Positions 1 through 7,718 of a stretch of 64,000 nucleotides of DNA are shown here, piece after piece. The notes beneath the pieces are model-generated. The model did not search any database, was not told where the DNA came from, and was given only the letters and a program-made list of their open reading frames with translations. This stretch comes from Thermomicrobiales bacterium (GTDB lineage Bacteria; Chloroflexota; Chloroflexia; Thermomicrobiales; CFX8). How positions within the stretch are numbered: the stretch's first letter is position 1; each line of letters opens with the position of its first letter. Both the position numbers and the translations under genes were made by a program. The DNA is taken from assembly GCA_039810005.1 (NCBI GenBank), contig JBDHWD010000003.1, forward strand, positions 3,078-67,077. The letters are read 5' to 3'.

Positions 1-632
1 GTGGTAATCCACAGACGTGCAACCTGTCCGTGCCAGTCGCGGGGCGTGCTGCGGGTGGTGGCGCGTTCGATGATGTCCCAGACGTATTCGGCGTAGTGAT
101 GCGCGCGACGATCGTCCACTGGTCTGGCCAGGCGTTCAGCGAGCTGTTCGTTGCGCCGAAAGCGCACCAAGTGGCGGACGCTCGGCTCGTTGAGTGCAGC
201 GTCGAGCGCGATGAGATCGACACGCCGCACCTCGTCAGTGATCGCTGCCTCCAGCGTCCGCTCCTGCTGGCATAGTCGCGCATGGAGCGCGTGGGCGCTG
301 CGCAGAGACGCAGCAAGGTCGCGGGTCGCCGGGAGACTGTCGGCGAGACAGGCGACCGCCAGCAGGTCAGGGCCAGAGTCCAGCGAGCCGTTGTGCAAAC
401 GCCGGCGCAAACGCAGCGCCTGGCGACGCCCTTCGCGGTCAAGTGCGTCGTTGGGAATCAGCTCGTCGCCGATTCGTTCGGCAAGGGATGCTGCAACGGA
501 TTCGCTGGCCGATTTGTCGCGATCGTAGGCGCGAAGCGCTGCGGTGTGAGCCGGGTTTGCAGCATGCAGCCAGACGCGCACCGGACAGCCAGCGATGCGC
601 AGAAGACCAGATTCTCCGAGCAAGGCGGACAT
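1..632 (-). CDS. Lantibiotic dehydratase (LanB-type) N-terminal/glutamylation-domain protein, 5' part only; gene continues past the left edge
   Basis: Not in the ORF track because no stop lies in the window. Checked by hand: minus-strand frame with ATG at 632-630 has no stop codon down to base 3 (210 codons). Translation begins MSALLGESGLLRIAGCPVRVWLHAANPAHTAALRAYDRDK and ends ERATTRSTPRDWHGQVARLWIT. Start is 1 nt after the TAG (636-634) of the upstream elimination-domain gene. Family call rests on operon context and general resemblance to LanB N-termini, not a search. Confidence 0.55.
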   Translation of the reverse strand, partial: MSALLGESGLLRIAGCPVRVWLHAANPAHTAALRAYDRDKSASESVAASLAERIGDELIPNDALDREGRRQALRLRRRLHNGSLDSGPDLLAVACLADSLPATRDLAASLRSAHALHARLCQQERTLEAAITDEVRRVDLIALDAALNEPSVRHLVRFRRNEQLAERLARPVDDRRAHHYAEYVWDIIERATTRSTPRDWHGQVARLWIT

Positions 633-633
633 G

Positions 634-1617
634 CTAGATCGTCTCTCTGGTCAGGAGCGCTTCGGTGATCAGCGCCTGGCGAGTCATCGGAAGCGCAGCG
701 CGGTTCCAGTGGAAGATGACGAAGAGCGCTGCCGCAGCACGCGGTCCGATACGCGCTCCGTGAGATTCGAAGTAGTCCTGTTGCCAGCGCAAGGCGATCA
801 GGCGAATGGCGCTGTCGTAGCGCTCGATAACTGCACGCTGCGACTCCGAGAGGTCGGCATAGAGCGACTCGGGTTGACTCCAGGCAGCACGTATTTCGGC
901 GAACAGCTCGGCACTGTCGGGTAAGTTGAGAATATCTGGAGGCAGCATTCGACCGGTACGACGGACACGCTCCCAGATGTCGACGTCTTCCCAGTCCGCA
1001 ATTGACAGCGCAGTCAGGAACGCGCGCAGCATCAGCAGCGACACTGCCCAGCTCGGCGCGGCAGCACGGGTATCCAGCGCGTGGATGTCGAGCCAGGCGA
1101 GCGCGTCGACGCTGAACAGCTCGTGGACATGCTGCATCGAGAGCGCGCCACCGAACAGGTACGTCTCGGGCTCGTAGACCGCGGGAAGCCAGCCGTCGAT
1201 CAGCCCCGAATGCAGCCAGCGGCCCAGTGCCGCGTCGAGCAGTTGAGCCAGAGCGCCGTCGTCAGGCGACGGCGAACGTAAGCGCAGCCGTATGCCCGGC
1301 GGCTTGTGCATGAAGAATGCGAGATCCGCCAGCTCTCGTTCTCGCGCCTGCCTGATGAGGTCGGCGACCGACTGATAGAGCTGCGGAGATGGCGCGTGCC
1401 CGGGCACAGTGATGTTTCGCTGTAGCCATCCAACGGCGCACCCATCGGTTGCGAGCGCACGCTGGCCTGCCGCGATGAAGCGCGCGCAGGCGTCGCGGAT
1501 GTCGTCTGTGACAGCAGGTGACTGATCGATGCAGAGGCTCAGGAAATCCGACAGAGGCATTGCAGCCCCACCGATGACGACTGTCTCGGCGATTGTTTCC
1601 GCGCGACTCGGCGTCAT
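634..1617 (-). CDS. Stand-alone LanB C-terminal (SpaB_C / thiopeptide-type bacteriocin biosynthesis) elimination-domain protein
   Basis: ORF track 634..1689 (-). Start trimmed to ATG 1617-1615, which overlaps the lanC stop as ATGA (plus-strand tcat at 1614-1617). Family-typical motifs: LAFFMHKPPGIRLRLR and AVYEPETYLFGG. Confidence 0.7.
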   Translation of the reverse strand: MTPSRAETIAETVVIGGAAMPLSDFLSLCIDQSPAVTDDIRDACARFIAAGQRALATDGCAVGWLQRNITVPGHAPSPQLYQSVADLIRQARERELADLAFFMHKPPGIRLRLRSPSPDDGALAQLLDAALGRWLHSGLIDGWLPAVYEPETYLFGGALSMQHVHELFSVDALAWLDIHALDTRAAAPSWAVSLLMLRAFLTALSIADWEDVDIWERVRRTGRMLPPDILNLPDSAELFAEIRAAWSQPESLYADLSESQRAVIERYDSAIRLIALRWQQDYFESHGARIGPRAAAALFVIFHWNRAALPMTRQALITEALLTRETI

Positions 1618-2852
1618 CGCAGACCGACGATTCGGAGCCAGTCGCGCGAGCCGCCTACGCGGGTCAGCAGGACGGCGAGGATGCCGCAAGCGCCACTCAG
1701 GAGTGTCTGGTTCTCGACACCGAGACGTCGGATATCGTCGACTCGGGACACGAGTGCTGCTTCGAGCATCCGGGCCAGCTCGTGCGCTGCCGGCAGGTCC
1801 GCGTGGCGCGCGAAGGCGTCGGCAATCGCCAGAATGCCCGCGACGCCGTGGCAGAAAGCGAGCTCGTCACTGATCGGGGCTGCGTCGATGAACCGACGCT
1901 CGTCAAACACGCGACAATACGACGCCATCGCATCGATCGCAAAGCGGGTGATCATGGCATCACCGAGCGTCCGGCCGACTTCATAGAGCACCCACGCCAG
2001 CCCGGGCGTGCCATAGCACCAGGCCTCCCGCCGCGAGAGCGTTGTCGGCGGGGTCCGCCCCTCTCGCGCCGCCGGCGCCCAGGTTCGCAATCCGGATGCA
2101 TCGCTATACGCCTCGCCGATCATCCAGGCTGCGACTCGCTGAAGTGGCGCGATGAGCCGCTCGGTAAGGCTGGGATAGGTCTCTGCTGCTGCGGCCAGAG
2201 CCAGCGCAACGCCGCCCACGCCGTGCGCGAGGCCGGTGTTGATACGCCCGTAGTTCCAGAAGCGCAACCCGTCGTGCTGATAAGTGGTGACCCGCAGGCC
2301 GTCCAGATCCGGCTCGCGAAGAAGCTCGCTGAGACAATCGACCAGCGGTGCGACGTGCTCCAGTGACGCGCCGGCGGCAATCAGCGCGAGCGCGCTGCCG
2401 GATGGGCCGGAGATGAGATCGTAGTCGTGCCAGGCGCGTGGTTCGGTCATCCAGCCCGGCGCGAGGGCAGTGCTGCTGACCGCCTCAATGAGCGGTTCGG
2501 TCAGCTTCGTCAATCCAGGCGCGCGCTGTTGGGACAGCGCAATGCCGGCGAGCAGGCCGCCAAGCCCACCGAATAACGCGCCGGAGTATGCCGCCCGCTC
2601 AGCGTCGTCGAGCCAGCGCGCGATGCCGCGCTCGCCTGCGGCAGTATCGCGGGCGAGCGCGGCGAGGATCGCCAGCCCGGCATCGAATGTCGGCGTGCTG
2701 CCGTCACTCGCTGCCGGCGCTGGCGTCGTGAGCAGGACCTCGGCAGCCAGCGCCTCGATCGCCTCAGGCCAGGCCACCGTCGCCTCGAACGGCGGCATCT
2801 GTATCTGACGACTGGTCGGGGAGGCCGACTGCTGAGGAGCGCTGCTCGTCAT
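1614..2852 (-). CDS. lanC: LanC-type lanthionine cyclase
   Basis: ORF track 1614..2927 (-). Start trimmed to ATG 2852, 25 nt after the precursor stop; the 2927 start would overlap the precursor gene. LanC motifs present: GLAHGVGG, WCYGTPG, AFCHGVAG (Cys/Cys/His zinc ligands). Confidence 0.85.
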   Translation of the reverse strand: MTSSAPQQSASPTSRQIQMPPFEATVAWPEAIEALAAEVLLTTPAPAASDGSTPTFDAGLAILAALARDTAAGERGIARWLDDAERAAYSGALFGGLGGLLAGIALSQQRAPGLTKLTEPLIEAVSSTALAPGWMTEPRAWHDYDLISGPSGSALALIAAGASLEHVAPLVDCLSELLREPDLDGLRVTTYQHDGLRFWNYGRINTGLAHGVGGVALALAAAAETYPSLTERLIAPLQRVAAWMIGEAYSDASGLRTWAPAAREGRTPPTTLSRREAWCYGTPGLAWVLYEVGRTLGDAMITRFAIDAMASYCRVFDERRFIDAAPISDELAFCHGVAGILAIADAFARHADLPAAHELARMLEAALVSRVDDIRRLGVENQTLLSGACGILAVLLTRVGGSRDWLRIVGLR

Positions 2853-2877
2853 TGCGGATACAGTCCGTTTCGCTTTG

Positions 2878-3213
2878 TCACGGAGTCGTATCGTTCGCCG
2901 CGCGCACGAGACGTTCGAAGAGCTCAACGCTCGGCGGTTGCGCGACTTCGGCCTGAATCAACGCCTGGAACGCTCCAGCAGCGTGGTCAACTGCTCCCTG
3001 CCACTGAACACCGCAGGCGTCGGTGCAACCGTTTGTGCACGCATCGGTGCAACCGTAGGTGCAGTCACCGGTTGGATCCGGGCACGTGCCCGTACACCCG
3101 TGGGTACAACCGTGCGTCTGCGGGTCTTCGGCGGTGGGACGCCTCCGCGGAACGGTGCGAACCCGTGCTTCAAGTGCCTTGATGCGAGCTTCGAGCTGAT
3201 TGATGTCGACCAT
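2878..3213 (-). CDS. Lanthipeptide precursor paralog 1 (111 aa) with central Cys/Thr core of eight T-x-x-C units
   Basis: Internal ATG (3213-3211) of track ORF 2878..3657. Sequence MVDINQLEARIKALEARVRTVPRRRPTAEDPQ THGCTHGCTGTCPDPTGDCTYGCTDACTNGCTDAC GVQWQGAVDHAAGAFQALIQAEVAQPPSVELFERLVRAANDTTP. N-terminus is homologous to paralog 2. Lies directly upstream of lanC on the same strand. RBS is weak, so the exact start is uncertain. Confidence 0.7.
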   Translation of the reverse strand: MVDINQLEARIKALEARVRTVPRRRPTAEDPQTHGCTHGCTGTCPDPTGDCTYGCTDACTNGCTDACGVQWQGAVDHAAGAFQALIQAEVAQPPSVELFERLVRAANDTTP

Positions 3214-3289
3214 GTGGCAGACCCATGTCGTTTCCGGCAGCGCACCGGCGGCGAAGGGTTCCGCAACCGATGCCGGCCGCCTCCAGCTC

Positions 3290-3580
3290 CTAGCCGCGTC
3301 CCGCTGCCTTCTCAAAAACCATGAACGCGTCCGCCATGACGCCCTGCAGATCGAGTTGCGGCTTGATTGCCTCCATCTCGACCGGCGCGGCGGCGCACCC
3401 GTCCGTGCAGCCCTTGGTGCAGCCGATCGTGCAGGCGGCGGTGCAGTTATTGGTGCAGCTTCCAGCACTGAACGCAGCAAGATCGCCCGGCCTCGATCCG
3501 CCGGTTGGCACCTGACGCAGCGATGCCTCGAGCTGGGCAATGCGCGCTTCCAGAGCCGAGACTTTGCTCTGATCAACCAT
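3290..3580 (-). CDS. Lanthipeptide precursor paralog 2 (96 aa) with central Cys/Thr core of five T-x-x-C units
   Basis: Internal ATG (3580-3578) of track ORF 3290..3940, preceded by AAGGGAG RBS (minus strand cgaagggagcgttccATG). Sequence MVDQSKVSALEARIAQLEASLRQVPTGGSRPGDLAAFSAGS CTNNCTAACTIGCTKGCTDGC AAAPVEMEAIKPQLDLQGVMADAFMVFEKAAGRG. Confidence 0.75.
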   Translation of the reverse strand: MVDQSKVSALEARIAQLEASLRQVPTGGSRPGDLAAFSAGSCTNNCTAACTIGCTKGCTDGCAAAPVEMEAIKPQLDLQGVMADAFMVFEKAAGRG

Positions 3581-3597
3581 GGAACGCTCCCTTCGAG

Positions 3598-3618
3598 GGT
3601 CGCGTTGTGGACGCGACC
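3598..3618 (-). promoter_or_regulatory. Perfect 8-bp stem-loop in the 5' leader of precursor gene 2
   Basis: GGTCGCGT tgtgg ACGCGACC. On the minus strand it ends 17 nt upstream of the ATG at 3580, immediately before the RBS. No U-tract follows. Confidence 0.3.
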
Positions 3619-4261
3619 GGTGATGATGCACTGGTGCGACGATCGCCAGACACGCAAGCGGGATCGGGTGTCGGCGATTGATGGGTGCGATGAACGTGAT
3701 TGAAAGCGAACAACTGAGACATGCCGGGTAGCGAATCAAGTAGAACGGCACTTCAGGAAGCGAAGGGGGCAGCCCGTCGAAACCGGCAACCGACAGACGC
3801 TCCGCGAGGCCGGGCGCCTGGAGGAATGGGCATCGAAGGATGTCGGGTCGGTCCTGCCGAACATGTGGCTCGGCACTGCCAGGATGACTCCGCTGCCCTG
3901 ACTCTCGCTGGATGACGTTTGCGCCACGCCGGAATCGCATGCTGCGATCCAGCCCATTCGCATGCCATGCCGCAGACTATTCAGGATCCTGTACGCTCCC
4001 GCATACGCACTGCAATGGCCATGCGGCATGTGCCATCCAACAAGAATGCCTCACCCTAACATTGCGATTTGCGGTTGTCAACATCCGTTTACATACGCAT
4101 TGTGAATAGCACTGTGCGTTGTTGCTACCAAGCTTGACTATCTGCGGTACCGCGCGTTGATTGTGCGCACAGCGTTCGGCTCGCGATCCTCGGATCTCGG
4201 TGATAATGCGGCTGGTGCTGCTGATAACCTGCACGTTCGATTGTTCGGTGGGAGGGATGCT

Positions 4262-5203
4262 GTGGTCCTGCGACAGGTGCTGGATGCCTTCGATGTCCTG
4301 GACAGCGCGACAGTCGATGGCCAACGCGTTGCCGAGATGCTGACGAATAGCGGTCTTGGCGACGTTCAGGTCGAGCGCGTGACCGGCCCGAATGGCTACA
4401 CCGACTTTGTCAAGGCGCTGATCCCCGGCCGCGACGGCCGATCGTGCGGCGGGTCCGCGCCGACCCTCGGCATCATCGGTCGACTCGGCGGACTCGGGGC
4501 GCGGCCGGAGCGCATTGGCTTTGTGTCGGATGGCGACGGCGCGCTAGCTGCAATTGCAGCGGCTATGAAGATGGGCCAGATGCAGCGCAATGGCGACACG
4601 CTCCCCGGCGATGTCATCGTCGCAACCCACATCTGCCCAGATGCACCGGTGCGTCCCCACGATCCCGTGCCGTTCATGGCATCGCCGGTTGCCACTGCCC
4701 AGATGAACCAGTTCGAGGTCGACGACCGGATGGAGGCGATCCTCTCAGTCGACACGACCAAGGGCAATCGCATCATCAACACGCGTGGTTTCGCGATCTC
4801 CCCCACCGTCAAGCAGGGGTACATCCTGCGCGTCAGCGAAGATCTGCTCGACATCATGCAGTGGACGACCGGACGACTGCCAGCGGTCTTCGCGCTCACA
4901 ACGCAGGACATTACGCCCTATGGCAATGGCGTCTTCCACCTGAACAGCATTCTCCAGCCAGCGACAGCGACCCCCGCGCCGGTGGTCGGCGTCGCGATCA
5001 CAACCGAAGTTCCGGTGCCAGGCTCAGGCACCGGCGCGACGCACCTGACCGATGTTGAGCAGGTGGCGCGGTTCTGCATTGAGGTCGCCAAAGCGTTCGG
5101 CGCAGGACAATGCAGCTTCCACGACGCAGATGAATTCGAGCGCATCGTCACGCTCTACGGTGAGATGACGCACTTGCAACAGCACAGCGAAGCCGGGAGC
5201 TGA
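4262..5203 (+). CDS. DUF1177-family protein
   Basis: ORF track 4157..5203. Start moved to GTG 4262, preceded by GGGAGGGA (4249-4256). Call based on overall resemblance to DUF1177 proteins (about 310 aa, N-terminus VVLRQVLDAFDVLDS...), from memory of the family. Confidence 0.6.
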   Translation: MVLRQVLDAFDVLDSATVDGQRVAEMLTNSGLGDVQVERVTGPNGYTDFVKALIPGRDGRSCGGSAPTLGIIGRLGGLGARPERIGFVSDGDGALAAIAAAMKMGQMQRNGDTLPGDVIVATHICPDAPVRPHDPVPFMASPVATAQMNQFEVDDRMEAILSVDTTKGNRIINTRGFAISPTVKQGYILRVSEDLLDIMQWTTGRLPAVFALTTQDITPYGNGVFHLNSILQPATATPAPVVGVAITTEVPVPGSGTGATHLTDVEQVARFCIEVAKAFGAGQCSFHDADEFERIVTLYGEMTHLQQHSEAGS

Positions 5204-5243
5204 TGCGTTCGGCAACTACACGGTGACGATGAGGAGGCTCACG

Positions 5244-7175
5244 ATGAGCGACACGGCGAGTGACAGGGCGATGAGCGTCGATGACTATCTGAATCTGCTG
5301 CAGGTCAGCGACGCGAACCTGCGGCCGCAAGGCGATCAGATCGCCTACATCGTCGCCGAAAGCACAACGCCGGCGCGCGTCCGTAAGGCGGCGTCACGTA
5401 TCTGGCTCGTTGATACCGACGACGGGACGGCAAGACCACTCACCGCAGACGGGATGCGCGCACACTCGCCGCGCTGGTCGCCGAACGGCGAGCATCTGGC
5501 GTTCCTCGGCTCGCGCGACAACGCCGGTCCGGATCAGGTTCATATCCTCAGCCACGCCATGGGCGAGGCTCGCGCCCTGACCTGCGGCCCGGCGTCCGTC
5601 GCAGACGTGGCCTGGCTGCCATCGAGCGATGGCCTGATCGTCGCGATCTCTGACCCCGCGCCCGAAGACGAAGAGGCAGATCACGAAGCCGGACGCGACT
5701 GGACCGTCTATGAGGACGGACCGCGGTTGACGCGGCTCTGGCGTCTCGACACTGCAACCGGCGACCGCTCACCGATCGAGCATGGCGATCTCCACATCTG
5801 GGAATTCGCCATCGCGCCGGACAGCCGGTCCGTCGTCGCGATCGTATCCGACACCTCGTTCAACTGGGACTGGTATCGCGGGCGGCTGGTGCGGATTGAT
5901 CTCGCCAGTGGCGTCGTTTCGGCATTCGCCTCGGATACCGGGCAGGCGACACGACCGACCTGGTCGCCGGATAGCCGCCGGGTTGCGTCGATTGTCTCTG
6001 CGTTCAGCGATCAGGGGATGACCGGCGGCGATGTCCAGATCAGTAGTATCGATGGCAAGGTAGCGGTCATTACCGCGGGACATCCACGCTCATACCTGCA
6101 GGTACTCTGGAACGAGCCGGACCAGCTACTCTGCGCGGCTATTGAGAACGGTGAGCTGACCATCGGACGACTCGCGCTGTCCGGCGAATACAGTGAAATC
6201 TGGCGCGGCAGGAACGGGATCAATCGCTATGGCAGCACGGTAGTATCGGCGGCAACAGCCGAGCAGCGCACGCGACTCGCAACAGTCCTCAGCACTCCCG
6301 AGCAGCCGGCCGAGGTACACATCGCCGACCTCATGGGCGACTCATTGCAATGGTCGATGCTGACCACGACGAACCCGGAGATCGCCGGCCGCTCGCTCGT
6401 GTCCCCAGAGACGATCCACTGGACATCGTCCGACGGCATGACGATCCAGGGCCTGCTTCTACGCCCTGATGGCGCAGGCGACGGGCCGTTGCCGACAATC
6501 GTGCTCGTCCATGGCGGGCCGACGGCATTATGGGGTTACGACTTCATGGGCACGCGCTCGATGGGCTGGGGGCAGATGCTGGCGGCGCACGGTTACGCGA
6601 TCTTCCTTCCCAATCCACGTGGCAGCATGGGCTGGGGCCGCGCCTTCGCCGAGGCAAACATCGGCGACATGGGCGGTGGGGATCTGCATGATGTCCTCTC
6701 CGGAGTCGACTGGCTGGTCGCGCATGGCATTGCCGACCCGAACCGCCTCGGCATCGGTGGCTGGAGCTATGGCGGCTACATCACAGCCTGGGCTGTGACA
6801 CAGACGGGACGCTTCAAGGCAGCCGTTGCCGGCGCGTCGATCACCAACTGGATCTCGTTCCACGGCTGCAGCACAATCCAGGATTTCGACACCACGTTCT
6901 ATCGGGACGATCCGTTCGGTTGGGACGGTCGCTACGGCCAGTTCTCGCCAATGGCGCACGTGCGCCACGTCTCGACGCCGACGCTGTTTCTGCATGGTGA
7001 GCAGGATCCGATCTGCCCGGTCGGTCAGGCTCACGAGATGTGGCGCGCGCTCCGCGAGTGCGGGGTCGAGACGCAACTTGTCGTCTACCCCCGCGAAGGC
7101 CACGGACCGATCGAGCGGGAACACAGTCGCGATGTACTGGAGCGCGCGGTCGGCTGGTTCGTGGAGCGGGTCTGA
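5244..7175 (+). CDS. S9-family serine peptidase (prolyl oligopeptidase / acylaminoacyl-peptidase type) with N-terminal beta-propeller
   Basis: ORF track 5223..7175. ATG 5244 follows GAGGAGG. Nucleophile motif GGWSYGGY; Asp and His contexts HGEQDPICP and REGHGP. TolB-like propeller repeats (SPRWSPNGEHLAF, RPTWSPDSRRVA). Confidence 0.85.
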   Translation: MSDTASDRAMSVDDYLNLLQVSDANLRPQGDQIAYIVAESTTPARVRKAASRIWLVDTDDGTARPLTADGMRAHSPRWSPNGEHLAFLGSRDNAGPDQVHILSHAMGEARALTCGPASVADVAWLPSSDGLIVAISDPAPEDEEADHEAGRDWTVYEDGPRLTRLWRLDTATGDRSPIEHGDLHIWEFAIAPDSRSVVAIVSDTSFNWDWYRGRLVRIDLASGVVSAFASDTGQATRPTWSPDSRRVASIVSAFSDQGMTGGDVQISSIDGKVAVITAGHPRSYLQVLWNEPDQLLCAAIENGELTIGRLALSGEYSEIWRGRNGINRYGSTVVSAATAEQRTRLATVLSTPEQPAEVHIADLMGDSLQWSMLTTTNPEIAGRSLVSPETIHWTSSDGMTIQGLLLRPDGAGDGPLPTIVLVHGGPTALWGYDFMGTRSMGWGQMLAAHGYAIFLPNPRGSMGWGRAFAEANIGDMGGGDLHDVLSGVDWLVAHGIADPNRLGIGGWSYGGYITAWAVTQTGRFKAAVAGASITNWISFHGCSTIQDFDTTFYRDDPFGWDGRYGQFSPMAHVRHVSTPTLFLHGEQDPICPVGQAHEMWRALRECGVETQLVVYPREGHGPIEREHSRDVLERAVGWFVERV

Positions 7176-7718
7176 CGCTGATCAATCCCAGACGCCTGCT
7201 CCGGGCGCGTTCACCACATCGTCAATTTATCGCGACAGACCGGCATTGACAGCGCAATGTCGCGGTCTCACAATGCGAATTGTGCGCAACGTTGCGTCGC
7301 ACTGCTTCAGGAACGAGCTTCCCAATGAACGGAGGTAATTGCGTCAATCCCGGAATCGCAAACTCCGGCGCTCACAGGTGAGCCCGACTGCGCGATCAAA
7401 TTGTCGAACACCCATCAAGTGTCCAGCACAGACCAGCATTCACGATGGAGGCACTTGGATGACTACCCCCTTGCATGACCATCGCCGCGACTGTCGGCGA
7501 CTCGTCAGGTCAGGACAGCTGATCCCTGGTGTGCGTGAGCTGATCGCTCTTCCAGGCGGCTAGACGTGACCCTTCATCCAATAGGTTCACCCGCCCCAAC
7601 ACAGAAGTGCGTCATACGCAGTCGGCGCTCGATAAGCGCGGCTTATCCTCGCAGGCTCGGCCATCATTCATGCACGCGCCGCACACATTTGTGAGAACCA
7701 CAGAGAAGCGAGAGCATC

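Noticed and set aside
1614-2927. LanC start at 2927 and eliminase start at 1689, as given by the ORF track
   Set aside because: Both would overlap the upstream gene by 50-75 nt. Internal ATGs at 2852 and 1617 give a short intergenic gap and an ATGA overlap, which is more plausible.
2878-3940. The long track ORFs 2878..3657 (259 aa) and 3290..3940 (216 aa) as the real precursor genes
   Set aside because: Their N-terminal extensions are Arg/Pro/Ser-rich, overlap each other in different frames, and lack RBSs. Both paralogs share an internal MVD... start (AAGGGAG RBS for paralog 2) and homologous N-termini only from that point onwards.
7459-7563. 34-codon ORF (MTTPLHDHRRDCRRLVRSGQLIPGVRELIALPGG) with a good GGAGG RBS in the gap before the PLAT gene
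   Set aside because: No family resemblance, and no terminator or partner gene. A basic, low-complexity sequence and a chance RBS in a long intergenic region are equally likely.
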